Both the position numbers and the translations under genes were made by a program. From assembly GCF_014696825.1 (NCBI RefSeq), contig NZ_JACJQU010000009.1, forward strand, positions 166,094-198,093: 32,000 nucleotides of DNA. The letters run 5' to 3'. Positions 9,565-17,115 of this stretch are shown here, piece by piece (position 1 is the first letter of the stretch; the number at the start of each line of letters is the position of its first letter). The DNA is from Anabaena sphaerica FACHB-251. GTDB lineage: Bacteria; Cyanobacteriota; Cyanobacteriia; Cyanobacteriales; Nostocaceae. The notes under the pieces were generated by a model. That model worked only from the letters and a program-made list of their open reading frames with translations. It did not search any database and was not told the DNA's origin.

Positions 9565-9742
9565 CTAGACAGCCAAAGAAATTAAACCTTGGCAGAAAAA
9601 TATGAACTGGATTTTATGTATTTTAACGGATAAATCTTTCTTAATTGTAAAACTTAACTGATAGTGTCAATTGTAACGGTTAATTAAACATTTCTGGAAT
9701 TAAATTACACATTTATTTTTTTCTGCATAGAAACTTAAAACA

Positions 9743-10609
9743 ATGGATGCACAACTAGCTCAATTAATTATTAACGGGATTGCTGTGGGCAGCATTATTG
9801 CTCTGGCAGCGGTGGGACTGACACTAACCTATGGAATTTTACGATTATCTAACTTTGCTCACGGTGATTTTCTCACCTTGGGAGCTTATCTGACTTTGGT
9901 AGCAAATGCCTTGGGGCTAAATATCTGGCTATCAATGATTTTAGCAGCAGCGGGAACAGTAGCGGTGATGTTACTGACGGAAAAATTGCTGTGGTCAAAG
10001 ATGCGCTCGATTCGTGCTACTTCCACAACACTGATTATCATCTCTATTGGACTAGCTTTATTTCTCCGCAACGGGATTATTTTTATCTGGGGAGGTAAAA
10101 ACCAAAACTATAATCTCCCTGTCATCCCTGCTTTAGAATTTGGGGAGTTAAGAGTACCCCAAAATCAGTTATTGGTATTAGGGTTAGCTGTGCTGGCGAT
10201 TTTGTCCCTCCACTACCTGCTACAAAACACCAAAATTGGTAAAGCCATGCGAGCAGTTGCTGATGATTTAGACTTAGCTAGAGTTTCTGGCATCAACGTT
10301 GACAGAGTAATTCTCTGGACTTGGGTAATTGCTGGTACTTTTACTTCTTTAGGCGGTAGTATGTACGGTTTGATTACTGCTGTACGTCCGAATATGGGCT
10401 GGTTTTTGATTTTGCCCTTATTTGCTTCTGTAATTTTGGGAGGTATCGGCAACCCCTACGGTGCGATCGCCGCTGCTTTTATCATTGGTATCGTCCAAGA
10501 AGTCAGCACCCCTTGGCTGGGTTCACAGTATAAACAAGGTGTAGCCTTATTAATCATGATTTTGGTGCTGCTCATCCGTCCCAAAGGTTTATTCAAAGGC
10601 ACGATTTAG
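9743..10609 (+). CDS. Branched-chain/neutral amino acid ABC transporter permease (LivH family)
   Basis: 288-aa polytopic membrane ORF. LSNFAHGDF, GKAMRAVADDLDLARVSGINV and the overall pattern are typical of LivH-type permeases. Confidence 0.85.
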   Translation: MDAQLAQLIINGIAVGSIIALAAVGLTLTYGILRLSNFAHGDFLTLGAYLTLVANALGLNIWLSMILAAAGTVAVMLLTEKLLWSKMRSIRATSTTLIIISIGLALFLRNGIIFIWGGKNQNYNLPVIPALEFGELRVPQNQLLVLGLAVLAILSLHYLLQNTKIGKAMRAVADDLDLARVSGINVDRVILWTWVIAGTFTSLGGSMYGLITAVRPNMGWFLILPLFASVILGGIGNPYGAIAAAFIIGIVQEVSTPWLGSQYKQGVALLIMILVLLIRPKGLFKGTI

Positions 10610-10620
10610 CAGTTAGTTAT

Positions 10621-10673
10621 CAGTTATCAGTTTCATCGAGGGCGGAAAAACCTCACCATGCACCTGATAACTG
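10621..10673. repeat. Inverted copies of a CAGTTAT heptamer repeat forming a 10-bp stem; possible terminator of the permease gene
   Basis: cagttatcag (10621-10630) is the exact reverse complement of ctgataactg (10664-10673). Tandem cagttag/ttatcag units begin at 10610. No T-run follows the stem. Confidence 0.5.
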
Positions 10674-10721
10674 TTCATTGTTAACTGTTCACTGAGTTGA
10701 GCAGCACCGAGCAACTTCTAA

Positions 10722-10838
10722 TTATTCAATGATGTGGAAATAATAAGCTGCTACCAAGAAGTTGATCGCCAACAGTAGCAATGCCCAACCTGTACGGAAA
10801 GCGTAAGAAGGTTTAGCAGCTTTACCTTTAGAAGTCAT
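10722..10838 (-). CDS. psaX: Photosystem I subunit PsaX (38 aa)
   Basis: Below the size cut-off of the ORF track. The reverse-strand translation is MTSKGKAAKPSYAFRTGWALLLLAINFLVAAYYFHIIE*, matching the PsaX core I recall (FRTGWALLLLAxNFLVAAYYFHII). A GGAG lies 8-9 nt upstream of the ATG. Confidence 0.85.
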   Translation of the reverse strand: MTSKGKAAKPSYAFRTGWALLLLAINFLVAAYYFHIIE

Positions 10839-10930
10839 AATTTGATTCTCCTGATTTGATGACTTTTTAACAAATACCAAACATAAGCGCCAATTCCCCA
10901 GAATCTTTAAAAATATTTGTGTGAGAACAG

Positions 10931-10965
10931 GGGACTAGGGACTGGGGACTAGGGACTGGGGACTG
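10931..10965. repeat. STRR1-type heptamer tandem repeat, (GGGACTR)x5, the complement of CCCCAGT-type units
   Basis: gggacta gggactg gggacta gggactg gggactg is read directly between the lipA stop and the psaX start. Confidence 0.95.
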
Positions 10966-10987
10966 GGAAGAGGTAAACTTTTTACTG

Positions 10988-11893
10988 TTACCTGTCACCT
11001 TCCTCACCAGCGTGGTAGGAACTACGCACCAACGGACCAGAACGAACATGACTAAATCCCATCTCTCTGGCTATGTTACCTAGTTCATCAAATTCTGCTG
11101 GTGTCCAGTATTTTTGTACAGGCAGATGTTCTAAGGATGGGCGCATATATTGACCAAGTGTTAAGCGATCGCACCTTACAGCCCGCAAATCTGCCATTGC
11201 CTCAATGACTTCTTCCCTACTTTCACCGTGTCCCAGCATTAAACCTGACTTGGTGGGTATACTGTCATCAATTTCTTTAACTGTTGCCAGCACTCTTAAC
11301 GAGCGATCGTACTTTGCTCCGCGTCGCACTGGACCAGTTAATCTCCGTACTGTTTCCACGTTATGGTTGTAACACGCTGGTTTCGTAGTAACAATCATTG
11401 CTATCCGCTGCTTTTGACCAGTTTCACCCACACCTGCACCACCCCAAAAATCTGGTGTTAGAACTTCAATTTGCGTTTCTGGGTTGAATTGGCGAATTGC
11501 TTCCATTGTCTTGACAAAATGACCAGCACCCCCATCTGCTAAATCATCACGGGCTACAGAAGTCAGTACCACATAGCTCAATCCCAAAAGCTGTACTGCT
11601 TCTGCTACCTTTTGCGGTTCTTCCGGGTCTAGGGCCATGGGCGCATGACCTTTATCTACTTGACAAAAAGCGCAAGACCTGGTGCAAGTTTGTCCCATGA
11701 GTAAAAAAGTTGCCGTTTTTTGGGCGTAGCATTCCCCCCGGTTGGGACAGCGGCCTTCTTCACAAATTGTATGAATTTGACGCTGCTTAATAATACGTTG
11801 TACGGTCGAGATTTCACTGGCTTTGCCAATAGAATGGCGTAGCCAGCTAGGCATTGCTGCAATTTCTGATTTGAGTTTTTGTGAAGAAGTCAT
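10988..11893 (-). CDS. lipA: Lipoyl synthase (radical SAM)
   Basis: [12 protein letters not shown] (auxiliary cluster), [10 protein letters not shown] (radical SAM CxxxCxxC), and the C-terminal RSSYHA motif. Confidence 0.95.
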   Translation of the reverse strand: MTSSQKLKSEIAAMPSWLRHSIGKASEISTVQRIIKQRQIHTICEEGRCPNRGECYAQKTATFLLMGQTCTRSCAFCQVDKGHAPMALDPEEPQKVAEAVQLLGLSYVVLTSVARDDLADGGAGHFVKTMEAIRQFNPETQIEVLTPDFWGGAGVGETGQKQRIAMIVTTKPACYNHNVETVRRLTGPVRRGAKYDRSLRVLATVKEIDDSIPTKSGLMLGHGESREEVIEAMADLRAVRCDRLTLGQYMRPSLEHLPVQKYWTPAEFDELGNIAREMGFSHVRSGPLVRSSYHAGEEGDR

Positions 11894-12156
11894 ATAATCC
11901 GTTGATTAACCTGACAAGATAAAAAATTACCGTGAAAACTTGTAATATAATACCTATAAAGGTAAAGCTACTAATAGCTTACAAACCATTGTTCACAACG
12001 CAAGCAGCAGTTTGACACATTACTTGCAATTTTGGCACTTATACAGAAATATACTCTCCCCCAATGTACACAAATCTTGTATATAGTGGGAGAATTCTTA
12101 ATGTCAATCGGCGAATCAGCCATCTAAACTTATAGTCTCTGGTAGAGTAATCAGTC

Positions 12157-12729
12157 GTGGCCAACAAAATTTTAGTTATCGATGACACTACAGTTGTCAG
12201 AGTAAAAGTACGTGAAATGTTGCCTGCGGGCAATTTTGAGGTATTGGAAGCAAAAGACGGTTTAGAAGGATATAATCTCATCCTCAAAGAAAACGTCAGC
12301 TTGATCATGTTGGATTTTATTTTACCGAAAATGAGTGGCTGGGAAGTTTTCCAAAAAATTCAAGCCAACCCAGAATTAAAGAAAATTCCTTTGGTGATCA
12401 TGTCTGGTCGCAAGGAAGAAGTAACAGAAAAAATCCCTGAACCATTTGAGTATTTTGAATTTCTGGGCAAGCCTTTTGACCAAAGACAGCTGATTAATGC
12501 TATTAAATTAGCTATGGCAGCTGCTAAAAAAGATCGTCGAGATGCTGCAACTCCAGTAGCTGGTGTAAAAACAGAGCAAGTGGCAGTTAAATCTGCTTCT
12601 ACACAAGGTGCTTCTTCAGCAGAAATTCAGGCTCTAAATGCCAAAATTGTCAAAATGCAAGCTGAAATTGATAATTTGAAGAAACAGCTAACTCAGGTTG
12701 TGACATTTATTAAACAGAAAATCAAATAA
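12157..12729 (+). CDS. CheY-like response regulator with a C-terminal coiled-coil tail
   Basis: GTG start. The REC domain shows ILVIDDTTVVR, MLDFILPKMSGWE and GKPF. The tail EIQALNAKIVKMQAEIDNLKKQL is coiled-coil-like. Confidence 0.85.
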   Translation: MANKILVIDDTTVVRVKVREMLPAGNFEVLEAKDGLEGYNLILKENVSLIMLDFILPKMSGWEVFQKIQANPELKKIPLVIMSGRKEEVTEKIPEPFEYFEFLGKPFDQRQLINAIKLAMAAAKKDRRDAATPVAGVKTEQVAVKSASTQGASSAEIQALNAKIVKMQAEIDNLKKQLTQVVTFIKQKIK

Positions 12730-12804
12730 GTCTTATTGGCTCTTTCTATTATCTTTGCCACCCAAAATACTTCAGTCTATAAAATCAGTTATAGACTGAC
12801 CAAA

Positions 12805-12848
12805 CCTGCAATTTTTTATTTAATTGAAGAAAATGGCAGGTTTTTTTT
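12805..12848 (+). terminator. Rho-independent terminator of the response regulator gene
   Basis: cctgcaatttt ... aaaatggcagg forms a stem with one mismatch and is followed by eight T residues (12841-12848). Confidence 0.6.
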
Positions 12849-12970
12849 GACTTTTATTTCTATAATTTAAATAGATGAATCCTGTTTATTAAAAGCTATC
12901 TGCACCAAAAATTATAAATTTAACTTAATCATGAAAATCATGAAATCCTATAAATACTGATTCTGACATG

Positions 12971-13006
12971 ATCAAAAATGGGCAATGAGTTAATTACTCA
13001 TTACCC
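12971..13006 (-). terminator. Probable rho-independent terminator of ndhB
   Basis: gggcaatgagt / actcattaccc forms an 11-bp stem with one mismatch immediately after the ndhB stop. On the minus strand it is followed by ATTTTTGAT. Confidence 0.5.
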
Positions 13007-13016
13007 ATGAATCAAT

Positions 13017-14579
13017 CTACAATTCTTCTGCTTGCTTAGTAATAATTACATTTGCTTGTGTACTCGCCACTTTTGCGGCTTGCAAAATGGGAGTATTCGC
13101 AACTGAATTATTCGCTAAAGTAAACAACGGATTGGACAAAATACCCGCGATGGAAGTAGCAATTAAAGTTGCTATCAAGCCAACTTGTAAAGGTCTTAAA
13201 CCTGGTAAATCCCAACGCACTTGAGGATAATTCTTCACTACGTCGGACATTTCTTGGGGTTCTTTAACCACCATCATTTTAACTACACGAATGTAGTAGT
13301 AGATGGAAACAACGCTGGTAACTAAACCTAGCAGAACTAACCAGTAAAGACCAGCTTGCCAACCTGCCCAGAATAAGTAAATCTTCCCGAAAAACCCAGC
13401 TAGTGGGGGAATACCACCCAAGGATAACAGAGAGATACTTAAACCGAGTGTGAGCAGTGGGTCTTTCTGATACAAACCTGAATATTCAGCAATTTGATCT
13501 GTTCCCGTCCGCAGAGAGAAGAGAATGATGCAGGTAAAGCCGCACAGGTTCATGAACAGGTAAACCAGTAAGTAAAATATCATACTGGAATAACCTGCAT
13601 CAGTACCAGCAATTAAACCAATCATCACAAAGCCAGCTTGGGCAATGGATGAATAAGCTAACATCCGTTTCATGCTGGTTTGGGCTAAAGCAACTACGTT
13701 ACCCAAGACCATACTGAGGACTGCTAGGGCTGTAAAGACAAATCTCCACTCGTCAGCGACGAGGGGGAAAACTACCGTCAATAAGCGGATAGCAAGTGCA
13801 AAACCTGCTGCTTTGGAACCGACAGATAAGAAGGCGATGACTGGGGTGGGAGCGCCTTCATAAACGTCTGGTGTCCACTGGTGGAAAGGTGCAGCGGAGA
13901 TTTTGAAACCAATTCCCGCAATGACGAAAACAAGGGCAATTACAAAACCAAGAGATTGACTGACGTTAGCTGCGGCGATACCGTTAGCGATCGCACTCAA
14001 TTCTGTTTGTCCACCGGATAAACCATACAGCAGTGATACACCGTATAAAAACACTGCTGTGCTGGAAGCTCCAATTAACAGGTATTTCAGGGCTGCTTCA
14101 TTAGAACGAGGGTCACGCTTGGTATAACCTGTTAACAAATAAGAGGAAATACTCAGGGTTTCTAGGGAGATGAAAATCATCACCAACTCACTAGCACCTG
14201 ATAAAAACATTCCTCCCAAAGTCGCAGTCATCAAAATGGCGATAAATTCTGCTAAAGCAGTACCACTCTGCTCTACATAGCGAATCGACATCAATATAGT
14301 CACAGCAGCAGACAGAGCAATGATACCGCGAAAGACAATACTGAGGTCATCACCATTAAAGCTCCCAGTAAAGCCGATGGGATTGGTGGAATCCCATTGT
14401 AAGTATAGGGCGACAATCGCAGCTGATAAACCAGCGATCGCCAGATATCCAATCCAGCGTGAAGATGTGCGCCCCAAAATCAAATCAACAATCAAAACCC
14501 CCAAGAGGGTGAGAATGACAATTCCCTCTGGTAAAATCGTTCCAGCATTTAACTGGGATGCAATATTAGCAAAATCCAT
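13017..14579 (-). CDS. ndhB: NAD(P)H-quinone oxidoreductase (NDH-1) subunit 2
   Basis: 520-aa polytopic ORF whose sequence is characteristic of NdhB/NuoN throughout ([28 protein letters not shown]). Confidence 0.95.
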   Translation of the reverse strand: MDFANIASQLNAGTILPEGIVILTLLGVLIVDLILGRTSSRWIGYLAIAGLSAAIVALYLQWDSTNPIGFTGSFNGDDLSIVFRGIIALSAAVTILMSIRYVEQSGTALAEFIAILMTATLGGMFLSGASELVMIFISLETLSISSYLLTGYTKRDPRSNEAALKYLLIGASSTAVFLYGVSLLYGLSGGQTELSAIANGIAAANVSQSLGFVIALVFVIAGIGFKISAAPFHQWTPDVYEGAPTPVIAFLSVGSKAAGFALAIRLLTVVFPLVADEWRFVFTALAVLSMVLGNVVALAQTSMKRMLAYSSIAQAGFVMIGLIAGTDAGYSSMIFYLLVYLFMNLCGFTCIILFSLRTGTDQIAEYSGLYQKDPLLTLGLSISLLSLGGIPPLAGFFGKIYLFWAGWQAGLYWLVLLGLVTSVVSIYYYIRVVKMMVVKEPQEMSDVVKNYPQVRWDLPGLRPLQVGLIATLIATSIAGILSNPLFTLANNSVANTPILQAAKVASTQANVIITKQAEEL

Positions 14580-14801
14580 GAGATGTATAGGTTTTGTCGA
14601 TTAGAGATCAAGGCTAACTGAGTTAATTCTATCTATAGTTCTTGACCAAAATTGCATTTATCCGTATATTTTAAACTCACAGATGCTGGTTGACCATTCA
14701 ATCTAAGTAATTATACTATTAAACCTCGTGTTATATTTTAGCTGATACAATGTCTGGATGAACCAAAAGAAAAATTCAGAATATTGCCAGATCGTTTGTA
14801 C

Positions 14802-15602
14802 CTAGAGACTAAACACTTTTTTCAAAGTCTTGATTTTAGTTGTATTAAGACCACATTCAAGCTTAGAAATAGGATTTAAGCTTTTCCATTTACCTTTACT
14901 AGCACTGCAAATAATATCTGCTGCTGTTTCTATATCAACCTTGTCAAAGCCATCTATTTTATTTTGGGATAAATAATCTAACCGACTAAAAATTTCATCT
15001 CTTGTGGCAATTTTAATACTAATGCTCTCTGGGGGTGGTAAAGGTTGTGAAGTTGATATTGGTGGAGATACAAAGAAAATTTTAGATAGATGATCTAATT
15101 TTTTTCCCTTAGTAATACCGCATTTTAAAGTAGTTATCGGGTTTAAATTTGACCAACTTTCTCGATCTGCTGCTGCAATTTTGTCAGTAGCTATTACAGG
15201 GTCTACACCTTTTAATGCACTAGCTGGTTCAGCAATTAAATATCGCAGTGCTGCTAAAATAATATCTCTTGAAGCTGTAGTTAAATTAATTTTTGGTATA
15301 GCTTCTCTAGCTAAAATTTTCGCTTGTTCAATATTTTGAGATTCTGGGGAAATGACTATACACCAAACACGATCTAAACCAGCTTTTTGAGCAGCCGCAT
15401 AAACCAATTGATTGCTAACTATTTGATATTTGTAATCAGCAATTTCTTGAACAATAGCCGGAATCCAATTGCGTCCATTAGCTTGTAAAATAGCTTCTGC
15501 TGCTGCTGTAACAATAAATTCTGATTCAGAGATTTTTTCACTAGGCTCAATTTCTTTTAAAAGCAGGTGCTTGAGTTTGCCAATATTATCAAAATCGCTC
15601 AT
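14802..15602 (-). CDS. ParB/Srx-like N-terminal domain protein lacking the GERR box, with a duplicated HhH-like C-terminal module
   Basis: WIPAIVQEIADYKYQIVSNQLVYAAAQKAGLDRVWCIVI aligns to the ParB N-domain pattern PIxV...YxIIAGERRxRAAxxAGLxxVPxIV, but GERR is replaced by SNQL. Residues 105-176 and 194-264 are clear duplicates. The start overlaps the upstream gene's stop (ATGA at 15599-15602). Confidence 0.6.
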   Translation of the reverse strand: MSDFDNIGKLKHLLLKEIEPSEKISESEFIVTAAAEAILQANGRNWIPAIVQEIADYKYQIVSNQLVYAAAQKAGLDRVWCIVISPESQNIEQAKILAREAIPKINLTTASRDIILAALRYLIAEPASALKGVDPVIATDKIAAADRESWSNLNPITTLKCGITKGKKLDHLSKIFFVSPPISTSQPLPPPESISIKIATRDEIFSRLDYLSQNKIDGFDKVDIETAADIICSASKGKWKSLNPISKLECGLNTTKIKTLKKVFSL

Positions 15603-16951
15603 AAAATAAAGTATTCCTTCGCTAAATCGAGATAATGTTGTGCAGCAGTAGAATGTTTAAAAGCAGCGGGTATACGATCAAATGCCGCACCTGATACAAT
15701 TGCATAACTTGGTAGAATGAATATTTCTGTATTGGTATTAGCTTTTGTATAGTTAGGCCAAAAGTAAGGTTGTAAATTAATTTGTTTTGATTCTCTTATA
15801 ATAATATCTTGAATTTCTTTATTTGCAGTTTTAAGCTGAGGAGGAGAAATACTTTCTCCATTAAAAAATATAGGTAATGCTATTGGTCCACCATCAGGTC
15901 TAGCTGCTTTAACTTTTGGGATAAAATCTTTAATCACTTTAGCTGCATTCTCTAGAGAAGCTAAATTGTTGTGTTTGGTAGGTATAAGCACAGCATCACA
16001 GGCATACAGGCTACTTTGACTAAAAAACATCCAATTTGTAGGACAATCAATAAATATGTAATCATATTCAGTTTTGAAAATCTTAATAGCATCTCTTAAT
16101 CTAGCAGAACCTTTATCAATTTTTGCAACCAAGTCTTGCTCTGTAAATAATCCCATTTTTGGATCTGCTGGTATAACATCAAATTTTACTGTCTCTCCCG
16201 ATTTGAATTTGACTCCAAAATGTTTAATGGTATTGCGAATATCTAAAGTTCTATCAGCTAGACAATCATATAAACTTATTTTTCCTAATTGTAATCCAAG
16301 GGAATTAGTTAAATCTCCTTGTTGTGGGTCAAAGTCAATTACAAGAACTTTTTTCCCCTTTCGGGTGAGAATTGCTGCTAAATTAACAGTTGTTGTGGTT
16401 TTACCAACACCACCCTTATTGTTGTAAACACAGACAGTCAATGCTTTCGGTGGATTATCAATCAAATTTTTGATGTGAGCAACAATATCATGAATATTGT
16501 CTTTTTTAATTAAAAGACTAGAAGTGGCAGGTACAACAACTTTTCCATGTTTTCTAAATAGCTGGATATGAACTGAATTAGTAATAATGCCCCATTGAGA
16601 TTTTTGACAATTCGGAGAAAGTAAATATCTTTTGATTTGCTCTCTAGCTCTGATGTATTGAGGAGTCCCGTCCGATAAATTAATATTTGCTCCTGCACCT
16701 GTTGCTCGTGCCTTGACTTCGATTAGTAAATAGGGATTAGTTTTGGAAAATGAGAAATTATCACTAACAGCATTCTTGCGAGCGGCAAAATCTACTGTCC
16801 CATTTCCTGTAGAAAATGCTGGAATCTGCTCTTGTTGATTAAATCCCAGTGATTCTATCAGAGGGTCTACAAAACTTTTGCTGATCAGAGCTTCATTACT
16901 CTCATGTGGTAAAATACCATCTAAAATTTGATTCCAGTCTATAGTTACCAT
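15599..16951 (-). CDS. Fusion protein: N-terminal HsdR-N/PD-(D/E)xK restriction-endonuclease-like domain plus C-terminal ParA/Soj-type ATPase
   Basis: The N-terminal 165 or so residues read FVDPLIESLGF...GTVDFAAR...PYLLIEVKAR...QIKRYL...QWGIITNSVHIQLF, the HsdR_N-like D...ExK pattern. The C-terminal part has the deviant Walker A NNKGGVGKTTT (16397-16417), A' VLVIDFDPQ, and Walker B YDYIFIDCP. Confidence 0.7.
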   Translation of the reverse strand: MVTIDWNQILDGILPHESNEALISKSFVDPLIESLGFNQQEQIPAFSTGNGTVDFAARKNAVSDNFSFSKTNPYLLIEVKARATGAGANINLSDGTPQYIRAREQIKRYLLSPNCQKSQWGIITNSVHIQLFRKHGKVVVPATSSLLIKKDNIHDIVAHIKNLIDNPPKALTVCVYNNKGGVGKTTTTVNLAAILTRKGKKVLVIDFDPQQGDLTNSLGLQLGKISLYDCLADRTLDIRNTIKHFGVKFKSGETVKFDVIPADPKMGLFTEQDLVAKIDKGSARLRDAIKIFKTEYDYIFIDCPTNWMFFSQSSLYACDAVLIPTKHNNLASLENAAKVIKDFIPKVKAARPDGGPIALPIFFNGESISPPQLKTANKEIQDIIIRESKQINLQPYFWPNYTKANTNTEIFILPSYAIVSGAAFDRIPAAFKHSTAAQHYLDLAKEYFIL

Positions 16952-17038
16952 TACTTAATTACCAAACAAGAATTTGTATGAAAACTATGGCTTTTTTAGT
17001 TTAACCACATTTGTTACTGGAAGTAAGCCTGTATCTTC

Positions 17039-17115
17039 ACTTATTTTAAATATACTTATTAATATACAAACAGGAAAACTGATAAATTAGGATAAGTATT
17101 TTTATAAGTATTTTT
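17039..17115. promoter_or_regulatory. Cluster of four ATAAGT/ACTTAT motifs upstream of the ParA-fusion operon; candidate operator, iterons or centromere-like site
   Basis: acttat occurs at 17039-17044 and 17054-17059. A tandem 12-mer, ataagtattttt ataagtattttt, lies at 17092-17115. The two pairs are in inverted orientation, 90-165 bp upstream of the ATG at 16951. Confidence 0.35.

Noticed and set aside
10867-11049. 60-aa minus-strand ORF spanning the STRR array and the lipA 3' end.
   Set aside because: Much of its length is translated heptamer repeat (SQSPVPSPQSLVP), and it overlaps lipA out of frame. It is an artefact.
14802-16951. Could the ParA/ParB-like pair be the canonical chromosomal parAB (soj/spo0J), or a McdA/McdB carboxysome-positioning pair?
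   Set aside because: Canonical Spo0J keeps the GERR box, an HTH and a dimerisation domain, and normally lies near oriC-linked genes. From memory, cyanobacterial type 1 McdA lacks the signature lysine and McdB is a small disordered protein. Here the ATPase has KGGVGKT and an extra nuclease-fold domain, and the partner is a ParB-like fold. A generic cargo-positioning role cannot be fully excluded.
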